Origin: Gammaproteobacteria bacterium
GTDB taxonomy: Bacteria; Pseudomonadota; Gammaproteobacteria; UBA12402
Assembly: GCA_050123375.1 (NCBI GenBank)
Contig: JASFHF010000006.1
Span: forward strand, 2,309 to 66,308
Length of the DNA stretch: 64,000 nucleotides
Reading direction: 5' to 3'
This document shows positions 9,087 through 18,468 of this stretch, piece after piece. Within the stretch, counting starts at the first letter, position 1; every line of letters begins with the position of its first letter. A program made the position numbers and the translations under genes. The notes under the pieces were generated by a model, which ran no database searches, had not been told where the DNA came from, and saw only the letters and a program-made list of their open reading frames with translations.

Positions 9087-10223
9087 ATGGTTGTAGAATA
9101 TAAGGATTATCGAAAAAGATTTAAAGAGGACGTAATTGATGATTTAAAGATAGGTTTAAAGAAAATCGGCATACTTCAAAATGCCAACAAAGATGAAAAC
9201 AGAATCAAGGAACTCGAAATAGCATTTAAAGAAGCAAAGAAGGAGGTAGAAGAGTATGGTCATGATTATGACTGCGAAAAAGTTAAATGTATAAAGCAGG
9301 ACTTGGACAAAGCCAAACAGAATGCTGAAAATAATGTAATTAGTATTGAACACATTGTTAAATTTTTTGAGAAGGTTGATAAGTGGTTGGAAAAAGATTT
9401 TTCTATTGAAGAATTAAAGGAAGTGGAAAAAAAAGTTAGGAAATTTAAGAAATCGAAAGAATCTGAATATAAAAAATACGCTGCAGCTCTAGCACTGGTG
9501 CGCAGATCTTGTAGAAAAACTCTTAATTATATAAATTGTATGAAAATGAGGAAAAAGTGGAAGCAAGTGTCCATGAGTAGTGGACCAGCTTATATATTTG
9601 ATTTTAAGAATCCATTTGAGGTTGTTCGTACCGGCAATCTTGCATTTCTTATACCATTTTTGGGTGGTAAAGAGTCGTTAATGGTTAGGCAAATTGAGGA
9701 TAAGAATGGTAGAAAATCTTTTGAGTTTGATCGTAATTTTTTTACTAGAATAAAAGGTGTTAATTTATATACAGTTGTTGATCAATTTTGTGATTACTTT
9801 GAGAAAGAAATTAACAAAGGTTGCTATATGCAATTTAATTTTAGGGATAAAAAAGATTTATTTAATATATGTGAAGAATTGGTTAAGCGTAATGTAAGGT
9901 TGAATTTAAAAAAAACGGATTTACCGGAGATAGATAAATATAAATTGGTAGGTCTGTATATAAAGCAGTTAAAGAATGAAGAAAGGAAGCAAAACGGTGT
10001 AATGGTAAAAGGATTTGCGAAAAATGATAAAGACGAGGATTTTATTAGTAAGGGTGAGTTTGTAAAAAGATGTGCGAAGGTAGAGATTACTCCGAAGTTG
10101 CAAAAATATGTTTGGAAAAACCATGGAGTGCGGATTTCAGGTAGCACAGAATTAACCTTTGACCAGAAAGAGAAAGACTTGCCGAATCCTACCACCCAGG
10201 TCATCAAAAATGTCAGCGTGTAA
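9087..10223 (+). CDS. hypothetical lysine/glutamate-rich protein (coiled-coil N-terminus)
   Basis: 378-aa ORF 17 bp after the previous gene. No recognisable domain. Confidence 0.4.
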   Translation: MVVEYKDYRKRFKEDVIDDLKIGLKKIGILQNANKDENRIKELEIAFKEAKKEVEEYGHDYDCEKVKCIKQDLDKAKQNAENNVISIEHIVKFFEKVDKWLEKDFSIEELKEVEKKVRKFKKSKESEYKKYAAALALVRRSCRKTLNYINCMKMRKKWKQVSMSSGPAYIFDFKNPFEVVRTGNLAFLIPFLGGKESLMVRQIEDKNGRKSFEFDRNFFTRIKGVNLYTVVDQFCDYFEKEINKGCYMQFNFRDKKDLFNICEELVKRNVRLNLKKTDLPEIDKYKLVGLYIKQLKNEERKQNGVMVKGFAKNDKDEDFISKGEFVKRCAKVEITPKLQKYVWKNHGVRISGSTELTFDQKEKDLPNPTTQVIKNVSV

Positions 10224-10335
10224 TCGTCATGCACCGCATATTTTAAAGTGTTAACTTTAAAGTATTAAGTCTCTTGCCAAAGATTCAGAAATTGTGTAAG
10301 GTGAAGCCTTTAATTATCAAATCAATAGGCGGGTC

Positions 10336-10692
10336 ATGGAACAAATTATTCTGGTTTTTCATGTTTTATTTGCAGTGGCGTTAATTGGTCTCGTATTGTT
10401 GCAGAAGGGTAAAGGAGCTAGTATGGGTGCTGCTTTTGGTAGTGGTGCCTCACAAACCGTCTTTGGTAGTCGCGGTTCTATTGGGTTTTTAATGAAGCTT
10501 ACTCTGTTATTTGCTGCTTTGTTTTTTGCTACCAGCATTTGGTTGACTTATCTTGCAGCGCATCGTGCTAAAGAGAGTCCGTCGCAAGGTTTATTGAGTC
10601 AGGTGGAGCAGATTTCGAAAAGTACTAAAAAACCAGCTAAAAAAATAAAGACTAATACGGTACTTAAAAAGAGAGGTAAAAGAACAAAGTGA
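10336..10692 (+). CDS. secG: preprotein translocase subunit SecG
   Basis: [28 protein letters not shown] matches the SecG signature. Followed by tRNA-Leu as in E. coli (secG-leuU). Confidence 0.85.
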   Translation: MEQIILVFHVLFAVALIGLVLLQKGKGASMGAAFGSGASQTVFGSRGSIGFLMKLTLLFAALFFATSIWLTYLAAHRAKESPSQGLLSQVEQISKSTKKPAKKIKTNTVLKKRGKRTK

Positions 10693-10709
10693 TTTTGTGA
10701 CCTCCGAAC

Positions 10710-10791
10710 GCCGGAGTGGTGGAACTGGTAGACACGCCATCTTGAGGGGGTGGTGGCGAAAGCCGTGTCGGTTCGAGTCCGACCTTCGGCA
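10710..10791 (+). tRNA. leuU: tRNA-Leu (anticodon GAG), long variable arm, CCA not encoded
   Basis: Hand-folded: acceptor GCCGGAG/CTTCGGC (one G-U), D stem GTG/CAC, anticodon stem CCATC/GGTGG with loop TTGAGGG, variable hairpin GGCGAAAGCC, T arm GTCGG-TTCGAGT-CCGAC, discriminator A. Confidence 0.8.
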
Positions 10792-10862
10792 TTCAGAAGA
10801 CAGATGATGGAAACCGGCATGTTGGTTTTTAGTTTGAATAAGAGCGGAGATTTATTCTAAGC

Positions 10863-11048
10863 ATGTTAGCTAAAGTTTTAATTGTTTTACTTGCGGCATT
10901 TTTCTTGTGGTGGATCATTCGTTATTTCAAATTAAATTACAATGCGTTTTCTGCTAAAAATTTGAATCGTAGTTTTTTTACCATGGGAATTTTAGCCCTT
11001 ATTTTAATCGTATTTATTTATCTGTGTGTGCTTTTTGTTAGGATGTAG
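10863..11048 (+). CDS. hypothetical small membrane protein
   Basis: 61 aa with two hydrophobic segments. Weak support. Confidence 0.2.
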   Translation: MLAKVLIVLLAAFFLWWIIRYFKLNYNAFSAKNLNRSFFTMGILALILIVFIYLCVLFVRM

Positions 11049-11258
11049 TTTTTATATGCTATTACTAGTGGTAACACTTAGTTAGATTATGTGGCAGCTG
11101 CCGCGCATGTTATATTTGTGTTCTTTTTTAGTTGTTTGCATGCTTGGCTACTCGTGATTTTACAAGACAAGCAGGTTGTAAAATCACGAGTTCCATTTAA
11201 CGCCAACAACATTTGTGCTTATTATAATTTCGCATCTTCAGTGACGCTCGGTATATAT

Positions 11259-12104
11259 TTATATTTCTTTCGGTAACCAGTGCGTTTTATTTTTTGCTGC
11301 TTTAACTTTATCCATTTGCTCGATAAGTCTGAAAGCTTCAAAACCGATAATTAGAGCTTCCGTTTCGCGTTTAGCTTTTAGTTCAGGATCAATGAACGTG
11401 CCTTTAGGTCGATTGGCTACGGCTTCGCAAATAGTAGAAGCGCGGAAACCTTTCATGTTGGCAAGGTTGAAGATGGTTGATGATTCCATCTCAAAGTTAT
11501 ACACATTCATGGCTGCCATTTGGTCTGGTAAATCAGGGTTTTTCACATGAATTCCAGGGATCTTGCGTCCTTGAGCGCCATAAAATCCTGAAGCTGTAGC
11601 AGTTAAGCCGACATGATATGGGATTTCTTGTTGTTCTGAAGCCATCATTAAGGCCATGATTACTTCATGGTGAGCAATAGCTGGATAGCCTTCATGCACG
11701 AAGTAAGTTGAAGTGTCTTCTAAACGAACCGCACCGCTGGAAATGACCATATCTCCAAGATTAATTTGTTCCTGTAAACTGCCGCAAGTGCCTACACGAA
11801 TAAATGTAGGATTTTTGGTTACATGAAATACCTCAATCATGCCGATTTCGATACATCCAGGTCCCATACCGGTGGACATAACTGAAATAGGAGTGCCTTT
11901 GTATTCGCCGGTGAAAGTCCGATATTCGCGGTTGTGTTGTTCCACTGTAATATTGTCTAATAGAGCGGCTGCTCTTTCGGCGCGTTTAGCTTCACCAACT
12001 AAGATAATATATTCGGCTAATTCTCCGGGGGCTAGGGCAATATGATACTGTCTACCAGTTACGTCGCTTACTACATCAGCGTTTTGAATTTGTTCAGTTT
12101 TCAT
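11259..12104 (-). CDS. PNP/UDP-family nucleoside phosphorylase (uridine phosphorylase-like)
   Basis: FTGEYKGTPISVMSTGMGPGCIEIGMIE, IRVGTCGSL, GAVRLEDTS, NFEMESSTIF parallel E. coli Udp/DeoD. Confidence 0.75.
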   Translation of the reverse strand: MKTEQIQNADVVSDVTGRQYHIALAPGELAEYIILVGEAKRAERAAALLDNITVEQHNREYRTFTGEYKGTPISVMSTGMGPGCIEIGMIEVFHVTKNPTFIRVGTCGSLQEQINLGDMVISSGAVRLEDTSTYFVHEGYPAIAHHEVIMALMMASEQQEIPYHVGLTATASGFYGAQGRKIPGIHVKNPDLPDQMAAMNVYNFEMESSTIFNLANMKGFRASTICEAVANRPKGTFIDPELKAKRETEALIIGFEAFRLIEQMDKVKAAKNKTHWLPKEI

Positions 12105-12213
12105 TGTTGTGTCTCCTCTGTAGAAAGTGCACCCATATTATAGCACAAGATTTTTCTAAACATTAGGCTTGAAAGACTTTATACTGGTAGAAAGAGCAGT
12201 TAAGGAGGATTGA

Positions 12214-13410
12214 ATGCTGCAAGTATTAGCTAATTTTTGGCATTTATGCTGCACGGTCGGCAAACGCTGTATTGCGGATCGGTTAACGGGGGCGGCAGCA
12301 TCTTTAACTTTTACCACTTTATTGGCTTTAGTACCGTTAATTACAATTTGTATTGCAATTTTCTCTGCTTTTCCAATTTCGCATGCTATTGGTCATAACG
12401 TTTCACAATTTATTTATCAGAATTTTTTACCAACTTTTGGTAAAGTAGTCCAAAAATATCTACAGGATTTTGTAGTGCAGGCGGGTCGGTTATCTTTTCT
12501 TGGGATTATTGCTTTAGTTGTGACTGCAATTTTAATGATGTTAACAGTTGAACAAACATTTAATCAAATTTGGAAAGTTAGATATCGAAGATTAGAATTA
12601 AAATCTTTATTAGTTTATTGGGCAGTATTAAGTTTAGCGCCAATTTTTATTGGATTAAGTATTGCAGCTACTTCTTATGTTATTTCTTTGCCATTAGTTG
12701 TCGGAGCAGTAGCAAAACTTGGAATGAAAACAATTTTATTACACAGCGCACCGTGGATTTTTACCATATTGGTTTTGTGGTTGTTATATGTAATTGTGCC
12801 AAATTGTAAAGTTCCGATACGTTATGGTTTGGTTGGCGCAATAATTGCAACGCTTCTATTTCAAATGGTTAAAACTGGATTTATAATTTATATTAATCGT
12901 TTTGCAACTTATGGTTTTATTTATGGCGCTGTGGCAATTATACCAATTTTTTTATTGTGGGTTTATTTGTTGTGGTTGGTGGTATTATTTGGAGCTTTAA
13001 TCACAAATGTTTTAACAGTTTATTCTTATAGCGGAAGAGTGGGGAAATTTGATGGGTTTACTCATGCTTTTTTGTGGTTGGGTTATTTATGGCGCGCGCA
13101 GCAACAAGGAAAAAGTTTATCACTAAAACAATTGGCTTATACTTTGCGCGGGCATTATAAAATTGATATTTATTTGCAATTGCAGGCTTTGTTAAAAGCT
13201 AAATTTATTTCGATTACTGAAAATAATCGTTATATTTTATCACGTGATTTTTCTAAAACTACTTTAGCAGATTTGTATCAGGCTTTGCCGTGGAAATTGC
13301 CGCATGTAAAAGTTCATGAATTGTTTTCAGAAAAAATGCAGCAAGTTCTACAGGATGCGGATAAATCGGTGAATGAGAAGCTTAATGTTTCGTTAAGCGA
13401 ACTATATTAA
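12214..13410 (+). CDS. YihY/BrkB-family inner membrane protein
   Basis: AASLTFTTLLALVPLITICIAIFSAFP and multiple TM helices. C-terminal ~100-aa extension. AAGGAGGA RBS. Confidence 0.75.
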   Translation: MLQVLANFWHLCCTVGKRCIADRLTGAAASLTFTTLLALVPLITICIAIFSAFPISHAIGHNVSQFIYQNFLPTFGKVVQKYLQDFVVQAGRLSFLGIIALVVTAILMMLTVEQTFNQIWKVRYRRLELKSLLVYWAVLSLAPIFIGLSIAATSYVISLPLVVGAVAKLGMKTILLHSAPWIFTILVLWLLYVIVPNCKVPIRYGLVGAIIATLLFQMVKTGFIIYINRFATYGFIYGAVAIIPIFLLWVYLLWLVVLFGALITNVLTVYSYSGRVGKFDGFTHAFLWLGYLWRAQQQGKSLSLKQLAYTLRGHYKIDIYLQLQALLKAKFISITENNRYILSRDFSKTTLADLYQALPWKLPHVKVHELFSEKMQQVLQDADKSVNEKLNVSLSELY

Positions 13411-13417
13411 TATCTTA

Positions 13418-13960
13418 GAGGGTCGGAGCTTCACATGATTACAAAGCAACAGGCAGGGCATTGTAATTATGTGAATTTACATCCTTTTAGCTCCAAGTTT
13501 TTAATTATTCCCTCAGTTCTTATAAAATTTCTTAGAGGGTCGGAGCTTCACATGATTACAAAGCAACAGGCAGGGCATTGTAATTATGTGAATTTACATC
13601 CTTTTAGCTCCAAGTTTTTAATTATTCCCTCAGTTCTTATAAAATTTCTTAGAGGGTCGGAGCTTCACATGATTACAAAGCAACAGGCAGGGCATTGTAA
13701 TTATGTGAATTTACATCCTTTTAGCTCCAAGTTTTTAATTATTCCCTCAGTTCTTATAAATTTCTTTGAGGGTCGGAGCTTCACATGATTACAAAGCAAC
13801 AGGCAGGGCATTGTAATTATGTGAATTTACATCCTTTTAGCTCCAAGTTTTTAATTATTCCCTCAGTTCTTATAAAATTTCTTAGAGGGTCGGAGCTTCA
13901 CATGATTACAAAGCAACAAGCAGGGCATTGTAATTATGTGAAGCTCGCGACCCGAGTTGC
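13418..13960. repeat. tandem array of ~4.6 copies of a 117-bp unit derived from the family-A palindromic element
   Basis: Copies start at about 13418, 13535, 13652, 13769 (1-bp deletion) and 13885. Inter-copy sequence is identical, so this is not CRISPR. Only the last copy carries the right arm ...GTGAAGCTCGCGACCC. Produces spurious MITKQQAGHCNYV ORFs 13435..13788 and 13785..14189. Confidence 0.85.
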
Positions 13961-15232
13961 TTATGTTGTTATTTTGGTTTGCAAGAAATTTATCAGCTCA
14001 TCATTTTTAATTTGCGTTATGTTGGTATCTGTACGGGATTTATATTCAATCGTGCCGTTATCTAAACCTTTTTCACCAATGACTAAACGGTGTGGAATAC
14101 CAATTAGTTCCATGTCAGCAAACATTGCGCCAGGACGTTCGGCGCGATCATCAAATAAAACTTCAAAGCCTGCTTTAGTTAGTTTTTGATAAAGTGATTC
14201 TGCAGCAATTTTTACTCGTTCGGATTTGTTCATGGCAATTGGAATAATCGCGATTTGAAACGGCGCTATAATTTCCGGCCAAATAATTCCTTTATCATCA
14301 TGATGTTGTTCAATTGTTGCGGCAACGGTTCTGGAAATCCCGATGCCGTAACATCCCATTAACATTGGGATTGCTTGGCCTTGTTCATCCAATACAGTAG
14401 CCTTCATTGATTTGGAATATTTATCTCCAAGTTGAAAAATTTGTCCAACTTCGATGCCGCGTGCTAACTTTAATTTGCCTTTGCCGTCAGGACTTGGGTC
14501 GCCTTCTTTTACGTTGCCATGGTTAATCATTTCAACATTAGCGGCATAGTCGCTGGCATCACTGTATGCAATTGCGTCTTCACCAGATTCTGCAATTACC
14601 TGAAATTCTTGTGACATGTTGCCGCCTATTTGTCCGGTCGAGGCAATTACTGCGCGAAAATTTAGACCCAATCGGGTGAAAATTTTGTTGTAGGTCTCAT
14701 ACATTAAATCGTAGGTTTTTTGTAAACACTCTTTAGTTAAGTGAAAAGAATATGAGTCTTTCATCAAAAATTCACGGCTGCGCATTACCCCAAAACGCGG
14801 ACGAATTTCATCACGAAATTTAGTTTGAATTTGGTATAAGTTAATTGGCAGTTGTTTGTAACTATGCAATTCGTGTCGTGCAATTTCGGTAATTACTTCT
14901 TCGTGAGTTGGACCATAACAAAATTCGTGTTCGTGCCGATCAGTAATCCTTAATAACTCTTTACCATATTGATCCCAGCGTTCGGATTCTTTCCATAATT
15001 CGGCAGGAATCAGTGTAGGCAGCAATAATTCTTGCGCACCAGATGCATCCATTTCTTCGCGCACGATGTTTTCAACTTTGTGCAGCACGCGCCAACCAAG
15101 CGGTAACCAGGAATAAATTCCCGCGCTTAATTTGCGAATCATGCCGGCACGCAGCATTAATTTATGACTGATAAGTTCGGCATCCGTTGGTGTTTCTTTG
15201 AGTGTTGCTAGTAGGTATTTGCTGGTGCGCAT
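13961..15232 (-). CDS. proS: proline--tRNA ligase lacking the INS editing domain
   Basis: Collinear with E. coli ProS ([15 protein letters not shown]...). Jumps from ...DYAANVEM directly to [17 protein letters not shown], so the ~180-aa INS domain is absent. True start is M22 of the listed ORF with GGAGA RBS. Upstream codons belong to a palindromic repeat. Confidence 0.85.
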   Translation of the reverse strand: MRTSKYLLATLKETPTDAELISHKLMLRAGMIRKLSAGIYSWLPLGWRVLHKVENIVREEMDASGAQELLLPTLIPAELWKESERWDQYGKELLRITDRHEHEFCYGPTHEEVITEIARHELHSYKQLPINLYQIQTKFRDEIRPRFGVMRSREFLMKDSYSFHLTKECLQKTYDLMYETYNKIFTRLGLNFRAVIASTGQIGGNMSQEFQVIAESGEDAIAYSDASDYAANVEMINHGNVKEGDPSPDGKGKLKLARGIEVGQIFQLGDKYSKSMKATVLDEQGQAIPMLMGCYGIGISRTVAATIEQHHDDKGIIWPEIIAPFQIAIIPIAMNKSERVKIAAESLYQKLTKAGFEVLFDDRAERPGAMFADMELIGIPHRLVIGEKGLDNGTIEYKSRTDTNITQIKNDELINFLQTKITT

Positions 15233-15235
15233 GGT

Positions 15236-15375
15236 GTCTCCAAGTGTTTTGGGGGTCGGGTCTTCACTCATTACATGATGCAACATGCAGTGCATATGTA
15301 ATGAGTGAAGACCCGACCCCGTATATTATTACCGCGTAACCATGTAAAGCTCGCGTCCCGCCAACATCCCATACA
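15236..15375. repeat. family-B palindromic repeat (GGGGTCGGGTCTTCACTCATTACATGATGCAACATGCAGTGCATATGTAATGAGTGAAGACCCGACCCC) plus family-A fragment
   Basis: Arms are near-perfect inverted repeats. The same family occurs at 22880-22990. Confidence 0.8.
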
Positions 15376-15377
15376 TT

Positions 15378-16148
15378 TTATAGAATGCACTTGGTTAATG
15401 CAAACTTTACGTTTTCATTAGTTTGTTTTGGATGGTCGGTTACATCTGGAATGATAAAACGAATTGTCATACGATGACGGCCAGCACTGATTTCAGGATA
15501 AAATATGACTTCTTTCGGTAGAGTAACACGAATTAGTTGATATGGCAGTTGTGGATCTAAAGTTTCATGATAAAAGCCTTGTTTGGCAATGCGGTCATGT
15601 GCTTTTGAGCTGTTTCTAATAATATTTAACAGGAGATTTATTGCTTGACGAATTTCAGCCAGTTCAGCTAGCCAGGCATCAATTTGAATTTGGTGAGATT
15701 CAGCAGGATGATTTAGCCAGTAGAAATAACCAGGATTATCTATACAACCATCACCGCCAGGGCTAAGTAAGCTTTGGCGTATTGTAGTTAAAAACTCATT
15801 AGCGCGTAGGTTTTGTGCTATTTTCCCTTGAGTGGTGATGAGGTGATTTTTATACTGTTTTAATTGGGTGAGAGTAGTATTTAATGTAGCTTGATTAACT
15901 TTAGGATCAGTATGCAGACGATGTAAAACTGTGATATGGCGATCAAACTCTTTGCTTAGTTTGGTTTTAAAATCCGGCCGGTCTAGAATGTTAATTGCAT
16001 CAATCATTAATCTAATGATTGAACGTGTAATTTGAATTGAAGTAGGCTGGCTAGTTGTAAGGGCATTCAGTTGCTGTAATATGTGTTCAAGTCTAAGGCT
16101 TACGCGGACTAGCTCATTTAGGGGTTGTTCGTAGGTAATTGATTCCAT
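15378..16148 (-). CDS. zapD: cell division protein ZapD
   Basis: YEQPLNELVRVSLRLEHILQQL, SPGGDGCIDNPGYFYWL, GFYHETL and MTIRFIIPD are collinear with E. coli ZapD (YacF). Confidence 0.8.
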   Translation of the reverse strand: MESITYEQPLNELVRVSLRLEHILQQLNALTTSQPTSIQITRSIIRLMIDAINILDRPDFKTKLSKEFDRHITVLHRLHTDPKVNQATLNTTLTQLKQYKNHLITTQGKIAQNLRANEFLTTIRQSLLSPGGDGCIDNPGYFYWLNHPAESHQIQIDAWLAELAEIRQAINLLLNIIRNSSKAHDRIAKQGFYHETLDPQLPYQLIRVTLPKEVIFYPEISAGRHRMTIRFIIPDVTDHPKQTNENVKFALTKCIL

Positions 16149-16199
16149 TATTTATAAATATTACCCGAGTCTTATCTATCAAACAAGGATATTATGAGT

Positions 16200-16405
16200 G
16201 TGGGGACGAGTCTTTATTAATTACAAAGCAATAAGCTAGATTCTTTGAGGGACGGAGCTTTACATAGTTACGGAGCAATAAGCAAGCTTCTTTAAGGGTC
16301 GGAGCTTCACATGATTACAAGGCAACAAACATGGTCTTGTAATTATGTGAAGCACACGACCCGACTACTTCATGCTTTGTAATTAGTAAAGACCTGCCCC
16401 CAAAT
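16200..16405. repeat. nested family-A palindromic repeats
   Basis: Outer GGGGACGAGTCTTTATTAATTACAAAGCA...TGCTTTGTAATTAGTAAAGACCTGCCCC encloses the inner GGGTCGGAGCTTCACATGATTACAAGGCAACA...GTGAAGCACACGACCC. Confidence 0.75.
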
Positions 16406-16443
16406 TCATGATATAATTAACAAATCTTAAGGAGGAAATTATT

Positions 16444-17022
16444 ATGAGTGCATTAGTTATTGTTATAATTATAGCAGTGGTTTTACTATTTGGTATTGTT
16501 GCGATTTATAATATGCTAATTCGGCTAATAGAAGCCGTGCGTAATAACAAGAAACAAATTGATATTCAGCTTGATCGCCGTTATAAGGTTTTTGAATCGT
16601 TAATTAACGTAGTAAAGAAATATATGGATTATGAGCAAACCACTTTAAAGGATGTGGTGAAGCTCAGGGGCCAAGCGCAACAAGCAGTTGCTAAAGGCGA
16701 CACCAAGGGACAAATTGAAGCAGAAAATGCTATTTCAAAAATAGCTTCTGGAATTAATTTAGTATTTGAGCGATATCCGGATTTGAAGGCGGATAAAAAT
16801 GCGTTGCAATTGCAAGAAGAAATTGTGAATACCGAAAATAAATTAGCTTATTCTAAGCAAGCTTATAATGATAGCATCGAAAAATATAATGCTACTAAAA
16901 AATCATTTTTCCAAAGCATGGTAGTTAGTTTATTTAAAGGCAGGCTTGATTTTGATTTTCCTTACTGGAGTTTAAGTGAAGAACAAATTAAGACGCAGGA
17001 AGATTATAAAGTAGAGTTGTAA
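16444..17022 (+). CDS. lemA: LemA family protein
   Basis: N-terminal TM plus IYNMLIRLIEAVRNNKKQIDIQLDRRYKVFESLINVVKKY matches the LemA signature. AAGGAGGA RBS. Confidence 0.8.
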   Translation: MSALVIVIIIAVVLLFGIVAIYNMLIRLIEAVRNNKKQIDIQLDRRYKVFESLINVVKKYMDYEQTTLKDVVKLRGQAQQAVAKGDTKGQIEAENAISKIASGINLVFERYPDLKADKNALQLQEEIVNTENKLAYSKQAYNDSIEKYNATKKSFFQSMVVSLFKGRLDFDFPYWSLSEEQIKTQEDYKVEL

Positions 17023-17032
17023 TGAGAATATA

Positions 17033-17150
17033 GGCGGGACGGGGCTTTACATAATTACAAGTGCTTTGCTTGTTGCCTTGTAATATGTAAAGCTCCGTCC
17101 CTCAAAAAATCTAGCTTATTGCTTTGTAATTAGTAAAAACCTGACCCTTA
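17033..17150. repeat. family-A palindromic repeat (inverted orientation) plus half copy
   Basis: GGGACGGGGCTTTACATAATTACAAGTGCTTTGCTTGTTGCCTTGTAATATGTAAAGCTCCGTCCC. Confidence 0.75.
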
Positions 17151-17184
17151 AAAAAGTTATGTAAGAACTGAGATCTAGATAAGT

Positions 17185-18222
17185 ATGAATAAAAACTACA
17201 TGCAATTCAAAGCTGCCGATTGGCGTGCAACTTTAGCTGAAAACCAACGTAAAACTTTTGGTGTAATTGCAGCATTTATGCTGATTTACATTATAGTTGG
17301 TTTAATTGTTGATATGTATATTCATGGTGGATTTATTGCGGGCAATTTTGGGCGGGTTTTTGTAGCGCTTATCAGCTTTCAAATTACTCCTTGGGCGACA
17401 ATTACCATGTTGATTGTCGCTGCTATTTCGTTATTAATTACTTTTGCGTTGCATGATCGGTTGATATTGTTGGGAACTAATAGCCGTGAAATTACACCAA
17501 AAACTGCGCAAAATTTAGCGGAACAACAATTATATAATGTGGTTGAGGAAATGAAAATTGCTGCAGGCATGCGTTATATGCCGAAGGTATATTTGATCGA
17601 AGCTGATTATATGAATGCATTTGCCAGTGGTTATAGCGAAAAATCTGCTTTAATTGCTATTACACGCGGATTGTTGCAAAAATTAGATCGTGATGAATTG
17701 GCTGCAGTAATGGCGCATGAATTAAGTCATATTCGTCATGGTGATATCAAGTTGACTTTAACCGCTTCAGTGTTGAGTAGTTTAATGTTAATTGTGGTTG
17801 ATATATTATTTTATAACGTAATTTTTGGCGGAAGCCGCAGACGGCAAAGTGGTGATAATAGATTTTTAATGATAATTATTTTATTGCGTTATTTATTACC
17901 GGTTATTACGATATTGTTAATGTTATTTTTAAGCCGTACACGTGAATATATGGCAGATGCTGGCAGTGTGGAATTAATGCGGGATAATACTCCATTAGGG
18001 CGAGCATTATTGAAGATAAATCAAGATCATCAAGATAATTTAGATACATATAAGCAAGAATATGGTCAAACCAAGCATGAGGATATTCGGCGTGCTGCTT
18101 ATATTTTTGACCCAATTTCAATCAAAGCTGATCCAGTGGTTTCTTTTACCAGCTTGTTTTCTACCCACCCATCAATTCCTTCACGCTTGCGTAAATTGGG
18201 ATTTCGGAAGCGTGAAGCTTAA
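17185..18222 (+). CDS. M48-family zinc metallopeptidase (HtpX-like), membrane-bound; 3' end remodelled by cassette insertion
   Basis: Carries the HEXXH motif in AVMAHELSHIRHGD with flanking TM segments. Lies next to lemA, a common pairing. The last codons overlap the left 30-bp direct repeat. Confidence 0.75.
   Translation: MNKNYMQFKAADWRATLAENQRKTFGVIAAFMLIYIIVGLIVDMYIHGGFIAGNFGRVFVALISFQITPWATITMLIVAAISLLITFALHDRLILLGTNSREITPKTAQNLAEQQLYNVVEEMKIAAGMRYMPKVYLIEADYMNAFASGYSEKSALIAITRGLLQKLDRDELAAVMAHELSHIRHGDIKLTLTASVLSSLMLIVVDILFYNVIFGGSRRRQSGDNRFLMIIILLRYLLPVITILLMLFLSRTREYMADAGSVELMRDNTPLGRALLKINQDHQDNLDTYKQEYGQTKHEDIRRAAYIFDPISIKADPVVSFTSLFSTHPSIPSRLRKLGFRKREA
18176..18205. repeat. left 30-bp direct repeat TTCCTTCACGCTTGCGTAAATTGGGATTTC flanking brnTA cassette
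   Basis: Identical to 18823-18852. Confidence 0.9.
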
Positions 18223-18468
18223 TCAATCAGAATGTTCGCTATAATATTCTGCGTATTTGTCTAATAATACCCGTATCATTTTTTGATATTGAGTGTGACG
18301 TGATTTTGCTGCTTTTTTGAAATATTTAAGGCTTGCTTTAGTAAGCGATAATGTAATTTTAACAGTTTCTTCTTTTAAAACTAATTCGTCGGGACCCGGT
18401 AAAAAGTCATGTCGTATTTTGATTTCATCAATCGGTTCATCAGTGTATTTTACTTTTTTCTTTCTCAT
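18223..18468 (-). CDS. brnA: BrnA antitoxin (DUF4415/COG3514, RHH)
   Basis: DEPIDEIKIRHDFLPGPDEL...KITLSLTKASLKYFKKAAKSRHTQYQKMIRVLLDKY fits the BrnA pattern. Overlaps the upstream brnT gene. Confidence 0.7.
   Translation of the reverse strand: MRKKKVKYTDEPIDEIKIRHDFLPGPDELVLKEETVKITLSLTKASLKYFKKAAKSRHTQYQKMIRVLLDKYAEYYSEHSD

Noticed and set aside
10599-10820. 73-aa minus-strand ORF overlapping tRNA-Leu, and other antisense ORFs inside rho, PBP1A, nifJ, galK, hydG (e.g. 3831..4202, 53577..53992, 55069..55962, 33474..34152)
   Set aside because: They lie entirely within or antisense to well-supported genes or the tRNA, have no RBS and no recognisable similarity. They are typical spurious ORFs.
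13418-13960. Possible CRISPR array (regularly spaced repeats), also at 32582..32700
   Set aside because: The sequences between repeat cores are identical from unit to unit (no unique spacers), units are 117 bp or abut without spacers, and no cas genes are nearby. It is a tandem duplication of a MITE-like element.
13435-14189. ORFs 13435..13788 and 13785..14189 (and 3487..3693, N-terminal parts of 20137.., 36689.., 15295..) beginning MITKQQAGHCNYV
   Set aside because: They are read-through translations of the palindromic repeat (CATGATTACAAAGCAACA...). The peptide recurs at every repeat locus and in both orientations, and the tandem array gives a 39-aa periodic protein. They are repeat artefacts, not genes.
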